Shown piece by piece: positions 50,323-59,086 of a stretch of DNA of 64,000 nt. The notes under the pieces are model-generated. The model was not told the origin of the DNA, ran no database searches, and saw only the letters and a list, made by a program, of their open reading frames with translations. How positions within the stretch are numbered: the stretch's first letter is position 1; every line of letters begins with the position of its first letter. This DNA comes from Alphaproteobacteria bacterium (lineage in GTDB: Bacteria; Pseudomonadota; Alphaproteobacteria; JBFXJJ01), in the NCBI GenBank assembly GCA_050175015.1, contig JBFXJJ010000010.1:25577-89576 (forward strand), in the 5' to 3' direction. The position numbers and the translations under genes were made by a program.

Positions 50323-52323
50323 ATGGCAGATAAAAAAGCAAAGTTAGGAATAATAGCAGGTGGCGGTGAGATTCCTGTTTTGCTAGCCAAAGCGTGTTTA
50401 GAGACGGGACGGGACTTTTTTGTTTTAGCTCTGAAAGAACAGGCTGATTTATCTGATTTTGATGCCTTTCCTTATGAAGCGGTTTCTTTAGGAGAAGCGG
50501 AAAAAGGTTTTAAATATTTAAAAGAGGCAGAAGTTCAAGACGTTGTCTTTATTGGCAAAATAAAACGTCCATCATTGGCAGAACTAAAGCCAGATAAGAG
50601 AGCCGCTCAGTTTTTAGCCAGAGTTGGTTTTAAAATGCTGGGTGATGATAATCTGTTATCAGCAGTTATTAAAGAATTTGAATTGGAAGGCTTTGGAGTT
50701 GTTGGGGTTCACGACATTATGTCAGAGCTGCTTGCTCCTAAAGGCTGTCTTACAAAAACTAAACCTGATGACTACGCTTTAAATGATATAACCCAAGGAA
50801 TAAGAATCTGTAAAACCATTGGGGCTCTTGATGTTGGACAATCTGTCATTGTTCAGGAAGGTATGGTTCTTGGGGTTGAAGCGATTGAAGGAACTGATGA
50901 ACTCATTAAAAGAGCAGGGAAATTAAGGCGGAAAGATGCCCAAGGCGGAGTTTTAGTAAAGTTAAAAAAACCTCAGCAAGAAAATAGAATTGATTTACCG
51001 ACTATTGGAATTAAAACCGTTGAAAATGCTGCAAAAGCAGGACTAAGAGGAATTGCAATAGAGGCTTTTGCAACCCTAATTGTTGGACAGGAAAAAGTTA
51101 TAAAAAAAGCTGATGATTTAGGGGTATTCATTAAGAGCCTGTCTCGGGAAGATATTCATAATGCTGAAAAAAAAGATCCTCGTATTTTTATAGTAGCAGG
51201 AGAGCCATCAGGAGATTTAATTGCTTCAAGATTAATGAAAGCTTTAAAGGAAGAGACAAAAGGCAGAATAAAGTTTGCAGGCGTCGGCGGAGAATCTATG
51301 AAAGCTGAAGGTTTTAAGAGCCTTTTTGACATAAAATCTCTTGCTGTTATGGGGCTTTTAGAGGTTATCCCAAGTATACCAAAGGTTTTATCCCTTATTC
51401 GCAAGACCGTAAAAGAGGTTGAGAAATTAGAACCTGATATTGTTATAACAGTTGATAGCTGGAGTTTTTCAGGCAGGGTTAATGCTCTTTTGGCAAAAAA
51501 GGGAAACCAAATACCAAGAGTTCATTATGTTGCTCCGCAAGTTTGGGCTTGGAAAGCTGGCAGAGCTAAAACTATGGGCAAATATACCGATTTACTTTTG
51601 ACCCTTTTGCCAAGCGAGCCTGCTTATTTTACGAAATATGGTTTGGAAACTTGTTGCGTTGGACACCCTGTTATTGAAGGCGGGGCGGCCAGTGGGAATG
51701 CTAAGGCTTTTTTAAAGCAATATAATCTTAGCAAAAAAGATAATATTATAACAATGCTTCCAGGAAGCCGTCATAATGAGGTTTCAAGGCTTATGCCTGT
51801 TTTTAAAGAGACCGCAGAAATCCTTTCCAAAGAAATTTCCAATTTAAAAATAGTGATTCCATCTGTTGCAACGGTTAGTGATGAAGTCAAAAAAGAAGCA
51901 AAAACTTGGGAGCAAAAGCCAATAATAGTTATTGGAGAAAAGGAAAGATATGATGCTTTTGCTGCCTCAGCATTTGCAATAGCTGCCTCTGGCACTGTAG
52001 CTTTAGAGCTTGCTATGGCTGGTGTTCCTCATCTTATTACCTATAAAGTAGCGCCTCTTACCGCTGTTATGGCAAAGAAGCTCTTAAAAATAAAATATGT
52101 TAACCTAATAAATATTATTTTAGACAAATTAGTTGTTCCCGAATTGCTTCAAGATGATTGTAATAAAGCTAGAATTTCAGAGGAAACCCTAAGATTTCTT
52201 GAAGATAAGAAAAAGCAGAAGGAACAAGTGCTTTGCTGTCAAAATGCATTATATGGTTTAAGTGAAGATAAAGACACACCTAGTTTAAAAGCGGCTAGAA
52301 TAATTTTATCAAAGATTTTATAG
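50323..52323 (+). CDS. lpxB: LpxI-LpxB fusion (UDP-2,3-diacylglucosamine hydrolase plus lipid-A disaccharide synthase)
   Basis: N-half: GIIAGGG, DVGQ, EAIEGTD, KPQQENRIDLPTIG (LpxI). C-half: AGEPSGD, YVAPQVWAW, GHP, LPGSR, ASGT (LpxB). Start ATG 50323. Confidence 0.92.
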   Translation: MADKKAKLGIIAGGGEIPVLLAKACLETGRDFFVLALKEQADLSDFDAFPYEAVSLGEAEKGFKYLKEAEVQDVVFIGKIKRPSLAELKPDKRAAQFLARVGFKMLGDDNLLSAVIKEFELEGFGVVGVHDIMSELLAPKGCLTKTKPDDYALNDITQGIRICKTIGALDVGQSVIVQEGMVLGVEAIEGTDELIKRAGKLRRKDAQGGVLVKLKKPQQENRIDLPTIGIKTVENAAKAGLRGIAIEAFATLIVGQEKVIKKADDLGVFIKSLSREDIHNAEKKDPRIFIVAGEPSGDLIASRLMKALKEETKGRIKFAGVGGESMKAEGFKSLFDIKSLAVMGLLEVIPSIPKVLSLIRKTVKEVEKLEPDIVITVDSWSFSGRVNALLAKKGNQIPRVHYVAPQVWAWKAGRAKTMGKYTDLLLTLLPSEPAYFTKYGLETCCVGHPVIEGGAASGNAKAFLKQYNLSKKDNIITMLPGSRHNEVSRLMPVFKETAEILSKEISNLKIVIPSVATVSDEVKKEAKTWEQKPIIVIGEKERYDAFAASAFAIAASGTVALELAMAGVPHLITYKVAPLTAVMAKKLLKIKYVNLINIILDKLVVPELLQDDCNKARISEETLRFLEDKKKQKEQVLCCQNALYGLSEDKDTPSLKAARIILSKIL

Positions 52324-52349
52324 ACAAAAGAGTAAAACTAGACTAAACT
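52321..52349 (+). promoter_or_regulatory. Putative sigma70 promoter for the peptidase array
   Basis: TAGACA-N17-TAAACT overlapping the lpxB stop; AAAGGG RBS before ATG 52392. Confidence 0.5.
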
Positions 52350-52391
52350 CAAGCTGAAAAAATAAAACTGCTTTTTCTTAAAGGGAAAACT

Positions 52392-54539
52392 ATGTCATTA
52401 AAAGAAAGCTTTGATAAAACAAAAAGAACATTAACTCAAGAAGCATATAATTTAGACCCAGGCAAGTATCCAATAAGTCTTGAAGGTACAAGGGAAGAGC
52501 AGATAAGAGCCGCTAAAGCTCTTGATGTTTTGATGCAGTCAGCAATGGGAAGAGAGCTGGTTGAACAAGCTGGCAGAATTGGTTATAAAGTGCATATTAC
52601 ACCATTAGAAGGTGCTGGTGGTTTTTGTGTTCCCAGAACTAAAACAGTTCAAGTTAATTCAAACGCTAGACCAGAAAGAGATATACTTGTTCTTGCTCAT
52701 GAATTACGTCACGCTTGGCAAAACAATAATCATCTTTTTTCAAATTATGCTGTTGATGATTTAAAGGCAATTCATATTAAGAACAGGGCAATGGAGGCAG
52801 ATGCTAATGCTGTTTCTGCGTTGGTTGTTCACCAATTAAAAGTAAAAGGTTACACTAAAGTTTTTGAAGACAGCGCTAAAAGTGATTCTTGTGTGCGTAA
52901 TTTTAGTGACGCATTTAATAAAACCAAAAGCGAAGAAAAAGCTATGCAGGCGGCTTTCACAGGTTGGTATAAAAACGAAAGCACTAAAGATTTTTATGAT
53001 AAATACTACTTTGTTGACGGCTGGGGTAAGCATACAGACTACAATTTAAAAGGAATGTCTTTTTCTAGAAGTTTGGATTCGGCTGATTATATGAGGAAAA
53101 TAAGTAGTATCGGCGGAAAAAGTTATATGTCAGGTCAAGACCCCTTGCTGTTAGAAAAAGAGCCTTGTTATGATATTTCTAAAAAGGCGAAAAAAGCTCT
53201 TGAACAATATTTTGCTAGGTATGAACAGGTTACTGGTAAAGTTGTAGATAAAAGTTGTTTAGATATCCCTGTAAGAGGTGGTGTCGCGACTAAAGCTCTG
53301 AAAATGCAGCAAGTAAAAAAACGTGGTTTAGTTGGTGATTTTGGCTATTCTAGTGTAAAAGACACACTCAATAGCATGGGAAATTCATTAAACAGTGTAG
53401 CTGGCAGAGCTAACGATTCTTTAAATCGGGCATCTGATAAAGTAGAAAAGAATTTAGTCCGGTTAACAGGAAAAACTGCGGCCTCATTAAGAGGTTTAGG
53501 AAGCAAAGCTGTTAGCTCGCTTGACGCTGTAGCTGAAAGGGCAATTAAAAGAGTGTCTGATGGTGCTGCAGCATTTGTTGAAGCAGGTAAAGATATTTTA
53601 CGAGCACCATCATTAGTCAAAGCTTGGAATAGTACGGCTAGAGGCATTAAAAAGTTTTTAAAAATGCCTTTGGAGTATGATGCTGGCGGAGTTAAGTTTT
53701 ATTCAACAGATTTTAATGTTGATAAAGTTAGAAATACGGTTTCCCGTTTAGCTAAGTCTGAAGATGGCAAAAAATTGTTAGAAAGCGCTCATAAAGATAA
53801 GATTAAAATTAATAGTGAGAGAAATGGCTTTTCTATGCCTCTTGGAATGTTTTCTATTGCTCAAAAAGAGGTGACACTTAATACATCTTTTTCTGAAGCA
53901 AAAGCAGTTTCAACATTGGCTCATGAACTGAGACATGGTCAGCAAAAGGCAGACTGGAGTAAAGATGGTTCACCTGCTGTTTGTGTGGCGGTAAGCAATA
54001 CTCAAGAGGCTGACGCTCAGGTCACAGCTTTAAAATGTGCTTGGCAGCTTGGTTTAGATGGTGATGTTGAGCCTTTTAACGAGTTTTCAGCAAAGTATCC
54101 TGAAATGACAAAGGCGTTTACAGACAGCCAGAAAAAAGGACATTCTCTGAATAAGTCGCTAACAAGTGCTTTCGATGCGTGGTTTAAAGATGAGCCTCGT
54201 AAGGAAAGATATGACGCGGAAACACTTAAAATGTATAACAGTATGGATGAGTTTAATCGTTTGGATTACAAGTCCTCTTCTCCTACAATGAAAGATATTG
54301 TTGATCACTATTGTGGTTGTGATGGTAGTAATTACTTTGTTGGAAATTATAACAAGCCAGATTATATGAAAGTTTCTTCAAGGTTGCTTGAAGCCTTTGA
54401 AAAAACACAGGGTGCAGATAAAGAGCAGCCGCTTAAGAAGCAAGCTGGGCTTAATAAACTTCGCCAAAACAGCCTTAAGTCATACAATGGCAGCATACAA
54501 GACATATTAATTAAACAACAGCAATATTTAGAACTATAA
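52392..54539 (+). CDS. Putative zinc metallopeptidase with two HELRH domains (DUF6782-like)
   Basis: LAHELRHAWQ...MEADA and LAHELRHGQQ...QEADA separated by a helical Ala/Ser/Lys-rich linker. Confidence 0.7.
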   Translation: MSLKESFDKTKRTLTQEAYNLDPGKYPISLEGTREEQIRAAKALDVLMQSAMGRELVEQAGRIGYKVHITPLEGAGGFCVPRTKTVQVNSNARPERDILVLAHELRHAWQNNNHLFSNYAVDDLKAIHIKNRAMEADANAVSALVVHQLKVKGYTKVFEDSAKSDSCVRNFSDAFNKTKSEEKAMQAAFTGWYKNESTKDFYDKYYFVDGWGKHTDYNLKGMSFSRSLDSADYMRKISSIGGKSYMSGQDPLLLEKEPCYDISKKAKKALEQYFARYEQVTGKVVDKSCLDIPVRGGVATKALKMQQVKKRGLVGDFGYSSVKDTLNSMGNSLNSVAGRANDSLNRASDKVEKNLVRLTGKTAASLRGLGSKAVSSLDAVAERAIKRVSDGAAAFVEAGKDILRAPSLVKAWNSTARGIKKFLKMPLEYDAGGVKFYSTDFNVDKVRNTVSRLAKSEDGKKLLESAHKDKIKINSERNGFSMPLGMFSIAQKEVTLNTSFSEAKAVSTLAHELRHGQQKADWSKDGSPAVCVAVSNTQEADAQVTALKCAWQLGLDGDVEPFNEFSAKYPEMTKAFTDSQKKGHSLNKSLTSAFDAWFKDEPRKERYDAETLKMYNSMDEFNRLDYKSSSPTMKDIVDHYCGCDGSNYFVGNYNKPDYMKVSSRLLEAFEKTQGADKEQPLKKQAGLNKLRQNSLKSYNGSIQDILIKQQQYLEL

Positions 54540-54553
54540 CCGTTATTAGGATA
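54536..54553 (+). repeat. 18-bp copy of the inversion-site sequence
   Basis: ATAACCGTTATTAGGATA is the exact reverse complement of 61996-62013. Confidence 0.75.
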
Positions 54554-54559
54554 ATACCA

Positions 54560-55492
54560 ATGGGACAGAACAAAGAAACAGCGCCACTTAAGAAAGCCAT
54601 AGCAGGAAAAAGCTCAGGGAGCGATAATGCAAAAGTATTGAAAGATATCTCTGAAAGGCTTTCAAAAGATAGTGAAGCCGCAGCTTTGTTGCAGGAAGCA
54701 AAGACGGCTGGATATAAAATTATAATAAAAAAAGGTTTGGGTTTTTATGGTAGTGCGGACCCTGAAAAAAAACGGATTTATTTAAACCCAGATTTTAAAA
54801 ATGATGTTTTAATTGGAACCTTAGCTCACGAGTTGCGCCATATTCATCAGTATGGCAGAGGGGTTGATCCTGATATTGAACAGCTTGATTCTAAAAGCTA
54901 CTTAATGCAAAACAGAGCAATAGAAGCTGATGCGGAAGCTTTTGGCGTTGCAGTCTGTAAAAATCTTGCCTCAATGGGAGATGAAGGACCTCTTAATAGT
55001 TACAAAGAAAATGCTCCTAATATTGTTGATGCCTTTGAGGGAGAGCTGAAAAAAACAGGAGATATGGATAAATCACGTTTTGCCGCATTTAAGTCTTGGT
55101 ATGGCAGAAAACAGCTAGTCGATATTTATGATGCTCTTCAAGCTGATGATCTCGATAATATTGAAGATTATGATTATTGTTCATTTGCAAGAAAACTTTC
55201 AGCTAAGAAAATTGTTGATATGGTTTGTGATAATGGCAAGAAAGGGTCTTATTTTAATGATAGCCCATCATTGTTAGAGACAGATGAATTTTTAGCAATG
55301 TCTGGTAAGAATAAGAAAAGAATAACAGAATTTTTTGAAGATGAAATGGTTCAAGAATATGAACTTTCTGATAACAGTGTTAAAAAAATTCCAACCAGAC
55401 AGACTAATAAAACTGAAACGCCTAAAAAACAAAAGGTCTCTGTAGAAAAAGCGGTTTTGAATAAAGCTATTTTAGCTAATAAATCAAGATAA
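54560..55492 (+). CDS. Putative zinc metallopeptidase (DUF6782-like)
   Basis: TLAHELRHIHQ...IEADA, AFKSWY. Confidence 0.7.
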   Translation: MGQNKETAPLKKAIAGKSSGSDNAKVLKDISERLSKDSEAAALLQEAKTAGYKIIIKKGLGFYGSADPEKKRIYLNPDFKNDVLIGTLAHELRHIHQYGRGVDPDIEQLDSKSYLMQNRAIEADAEAFGVAVCKNLASMGDEGPLNSYKENAPNIVDAFEGELKKTGDMDKSRFAAFKSWYGRKQLVDIYDALQADDLDNIEDYDYCSFARKLSAKKIVDMVCDNGKKGSYFNDSPSLLETDEFLAMSGKNKKRITEFFEDEMVQEYELSDNSVKKIPTRQTNKTETPKKQKVSVEKAVLNKAILANKSR

Positions 55493-55508
55493 TAAATCAA
55501 AAAGGTTT

Positions 55509-56558
55509 ATGACTATGGTAAGTGAGAATAGAAACGAAAACTCCCCATCTTTGAAGCAAGATTTTGCTAAAGCTGGAGATTCCAATGGTGAAGAACGTGA
55601 AGTTATAGCATCTGAGGAATTCAAAGGTGTTTCTGTTGTTGGCTCTCTTCGAGATGTTGCAAAAGTTGAGTGGCTGCTTGATCGTTTGCAGAAAGTACCT
55701 GAAGGTAAACATTTGGTTGATAATGTTGCGAGAGATGGCTATACCTTTAACTTTCAATCTTCAACCACAGCATGTGGTTCTTGTGAAGTAGAAAAAAAAG
55801 AGATAATCCTTAACCCCAATATTTCAGAAGATCGTTTGGTGGCGACTCTGGCTCACGAACTAAGACACGCCCAACAGTTTACTAGAGGAGCTAACCATAA
55901 GATTTCAGAGCAGACGACAAAAACTAAGATTATGACAACCAGAGCAATGGAAGCTGATGCCAATGCTTATGCGGCTTTAGTTTGTTGGAATCTTAAAAAT
56001 AGCTCACATGAAGGTCCTTGGGAGCAAAAAGGAGACCCTGCGCCTTGGCAGAAATTAACTGAGACTGCTCCAGAAATAACTACGGCTTTTGAAAAGACAA
56101 TGGTTTCAACTAAGGACACAAGTAAGGCTTTAGCTGAAGCATTTAAGGCTTGGTATCATGAACGTATACGTGAAATTTACGATGATGGGCATATTGATAA
56201 TCTTAAACGTATTGAAGATGAAGGCAAGGCAGGGAGTTTATCATTTGCTAAAGAAAATAGTCCAGAAAATATAGTAAATGTAACGTGTTTTCACAATGGT
56301 AAGTCCTATCTTCCTAATGCTGCAGACGTTTTGAATAGTCCTGAATATTTAAGCGTATCAGAAAAGAATATGGCCGAGATAAAGAAATTCTTTGAAACTC
56401 GTGAACAAGAATTTGGTGTTAAAGCCGATAAAAGTTTAGCGCAAATCCCAGTTCGCAAGAAAGATGGTTCTGTTTGTATGCTTGATGAGCCAAAGACTAA
56501 ATCTGTGGTTGATTCTAAAATCCAGCAGAAATATTTGGATAAATTATCAAGAGGATAA
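55509..56558 (+). CDS. Putative zinc metallopeptidase (DUF6782-like)
   Basis: TLAHELRHAQQ...MEADA, AFKAWY. Confidence 0.7.
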   Translation: MTMVSENRNENSPSLKQDFAKAGDSNGEEREVIASEEFKGVSVVGSLRDVAKVEWLLDRLQKVPEGKHLVDNVARDGYTFNFQSSTTACGSCEVEKKEIILNPNISEDRLVATLAHELRHAQQFTRGANHKISEQTTKTKIMTTRAMEADANAYAALVCWNLKNSSHEGPWEQKGDPAPWQKLTETAPEITTAFEKTMVSTKDTSKALAEAFKAWYHERIREIYDDGHIDNLKRIEDEGKAGSLSFAKENSPENIVNVTCFHNGKSYLPNAADVLNSPEYLSVSEKNMAEIKKFFETREQEFGVKADKSLAQIPVRKKDGSVCMLDEPKTKSVVDSKIQQKYLDKLSRG

Positions 56559-56559
56559 T

Positions 56560-57522
56560 ATGGCTGAAAAAAGCATAAGAAAGATATTACAAGATGTTTT
56601 TAATAAAAAAAGAGCAGATATAAAAGATGTAAATGTTTTCGATGCTTCTAAATATCCTATTAAGATAAAAGGAAATGCACAGCAGAAAAAGAAAGCAGGT
56701 GAAGCTCTCGATGTTCTTATGCAGTCTGAAACAGGAAAAAAACTAGTTGAAAATGCGGCATCTTATGGTTATGTCATTGCAGCAAAGCCTTTAGAAGATG
56801 TTTGTGGCTATTGTATTTCTTCATCAAAAACCGTTTTACTTAACTACAATAAATCATCAGAAGATGTTATCGCAACTCTTGCCCATGAGCTTCGTCATGT
56901 TGAACAAGGACACAGAGGATTGTTTGCCGATTTAGAAACTGACAATATTAAATCTCAGGTTATAAAAGAAAGAGCAACGGAAGCTGATGCCGACGTTATG
57001 ATGTCGGTTGTTTTGTATGAGTTAAAAGAAAAAGGTCATATAGGTATTTTTGAAAAAAATCTTCAAGAGGAGATGGCTCTTGTAGCATTTGACAAAGAAA
57101 TAAACAATTCTGGAAATATCGAAAAAGCCAAAGCTGCAGCATTTAAGGGCTGGTATGGTAATAAGGTTATCAACGATTGGTACGATAATTATTATTTTGT
57201 TGATGGTTTTCAGAAAGATGAAGATCCTGAAATTATGAAGTTAAGGGCATTTTCAGCTTCAACTAATCCTTCAGAGTATTTATTAAAGCTTTGCGAAATT
57301 GATGGCAAAAATTATATGTCAGGGGAAGATAAAAATATTTTAAACAAAGGAAAGTTTATTGAAATTTCGAGAGAAGCCAAAGAAAACCTTGATAAATATT
57401 TTGTGGAACACCAACGGGTAACATGGCGCCCTGCTGATACGAGTTATCAGAATCTTCCAATCCGTGGTGAAGAGCAATCTGTTTCAGCTTTGGTTCTTAT
57501 GGCAAAAAAACAAGAAAGGTGA
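56560..57522 (+). CDS. Putative zinc metallopeptidase (DUF6782-like)
   Basis: TLAHELRHVEQ...TEADA, AFKGWY; start moved to ATG 56560 (GAGGA RBS). Confidence 0.7.
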   Translation: MAEKSIRKILQDVFNKKRADIKDVNVFDASKYPIKIKGNAQQKKKAGEALDVLMQSETGKKLVENAASYGYVIAAKPLEDVCGYCISSSKTVLLNYNKSSEDVIATLAHELRHVEQGHRGLFADLETDNIKSQVIKERATEADADVMMSVVLYELKEKGHIGIFEKNLQEEMALVAFDKEINNSGNIEKAKAAAFKGWYGNKVINDWYDNYYFVDGFQKDEDPEIMKLRAFSASTNPSEYLLKLCEIDGKNYMSGEDKNILNKGKFIEISREAKENLDKYFVEHQRVTWRPADTSYQNLPIRGEEQSVSALVLMAKKQER

Positions 57523-57566
57523 AAAAATCCCTAAAATAGGTTTACAGCTAGGATATAATTAATAAC

Positions 57567-57601
57567 AAAAAGGCTTAAGAAATCAGTTCTTAAGCCTTTT
57601 T
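57567..57601. terminator. Bidirectional intrinsic terminator between the peptidase array and gltX
   Basis: AAAAAGGCTTAAGAA-ATCAG-TTCTTAAGCCTTTTT. Confidence 0.85.
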
Positions 57602-57645
57602 ATTTAAGTTTTAAAAAAACGGGATAGATACTTAATTTAAGAATT

Positions 57646-59061
57646 CTACTTTAATCTGTCATTAATTCGATTTAAGGTTTCTTCTTTTCCGAGAACAACC
57701 ATAACTTCAAAAATAGGAGGGGAAACCGTTGAACCTGTAAGAGCTGCTCTTATGGGCTGGGCAACTTTTCCTAATTTTAGTTCATTTTTTTCAGCATAGC
57801 ATCTAGCAATATTTTCAAGTTCTTCGTGCTGCCAATTGCTTACATTAGAAAAATCAGAAACTAAGTCTTTTAAAATATTTTTGGCGTCATCGATCATCTT
57901 TTGAGCTTTTTCTTCAAAGACAGGAGTTGTTCCAGGAATAACATAAAATAAAGAACTTTCAGCTAAATCAACCAAGGTTTTGGCACGTTCTTTAAGGCTG
58001 TTCATTCCTTTTAAAAGCAAGTCTTCAGAATCTTTTCTTATATCAGTAGACAGACCTTTATCAGATAATACTTTTTTGATAAAAGGGATAACAAGCTTAA
58101 CAAGACGGCTGTTTTCTGCTTCACGCATATAATGACCGTTTAAATTGGTTAGTTTGACCATATCAAAACGGGAAGGTGAGCGCCCTATTCCTTCTAGGGT
58201 AAACCATTCAATCGCTTGTTCAGTCGATATTATTTCGTCATCGCCATGACCCCAGCCAAGCTTTAAAAGATAATTGCGCAAGGCTTCGGGTAAAAATCCA
58301 AATTCTTGATATTTTTCAGCACCAAGAGCACCGTGTCTTTTGGACAGTTTAGCGCCATCGTGTCCGTGAATTAATGGGATATGAGCAAACTCAGGAATGT
58401 CCCAACCCATAGCATTATAAATCATTGCCTGCCTGAAAGTGTTGGTCAAATGGTCATCACCTCTAATTACATGGGTAATGCTCATATCGTGATCATCAAC
58501 CACAACCGAAAGCATATAGGTAGGTGAGCCGTCAGCACGCAGCAGAATCATATCATCAAGCTGGTCGTTAGTAACTTTTACTTCGCCTTGAACGTGGTCT
58601 CTAATGATAGTTGTCCCTGTTTGAGGAGCTTTGATACGCACAACAGGAGCAACGCCCTCAGGAGCTTCTGAAGCAGGTTTGTCCCGCCATTTACCATTAT
58701 AGCGCATCGGTTCGCCATTAGCTTTTTGCTGCTCTTTCATTTCTTCAAGTTCTTCAGGTGAACAGTAACAGTAATATGCTTTGCCCTCTTTAACGAGCTG
58801 GTGTGCGACTTCGACATGGCGGTCAGCACGAGACGCTTGAAAAACGACATCATCATCCCAGTCAAAACCTAACCATTCTAAGCCTTCAAAAATAGCTTCA
58901 ACCGCTTCTTTGGTTGAGCGTAGTTTATCAGTGTCTTCGATACGGAGCAGGAATTTACCATTATTATGACGGGCAAAAAGCCAGTTAAATAAAGCGGTTC
59001 TAGCGCCGCCAATATGAAGAAATCCCGTAGGGGAGGGAGCAAAACGAGTTACAACAGTCAT
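57646..59061 (-). CDS. gltX: Glutamate--tRNA ligase
   Basis: RFAPSPTGFLHIGG, LRIEDTD, HVIRGDDH, KLSKR. Confidence 0.97.
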   Translation of the reverse strand: MTVVTRFAPSPTGFLHIGGARTALFNWLFARHNNGKFLLRIEDTDKLRSTKEAVEAIFEGLEWLGFDWDDDVVFQASRADRHVEVAHQLVKEGKAYYCYCSPEELEEMKEQQKANGEPMRYNGKWRDKPASEAPEGVAPVVRIKAPQTGTTIIRDHVQGEVKVTNDQLDDMILLRADGSPTYMLSVVVDDHDMSITHVIRGDDHLTNTFRQAMIYNAMGWDIPEFAHIPLIHGHDGAKLSKRHGALGAEKYQEFGFLPEALRNYLLKLGWGHGDDEIISTEQAIEWFTLEGIGRSPSRFDMVKLTNLNGHYMREAENSRLVKLVIPFIKKVLSDKGLSTDIRKDSEDLLLKGMNSLKERAKTLVDLAESSLFYVIPGTTPVFEEKAQKMIDDAKNILKDLVSDFSNVSNWQHEELENIARCYAEKNELKLGKVAQPIRAALTGSTVSPPIFEVMVVLGKEETLNRINDRLK

Positions 59062-59086
59062 AGTTCATTTCTCTTTTATTTAATTA

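Noticed and set aside
57549-57558. TAGGATATAA, a 10-bp match to the inversion site after the last peptidase gene
   Set aside because: A 10-bp AT-rich match is expected by chance at this window size, the left arm is absent, and AGGATA also serves as an RBS-like sequence elsewhere (e.g. before pyrH).
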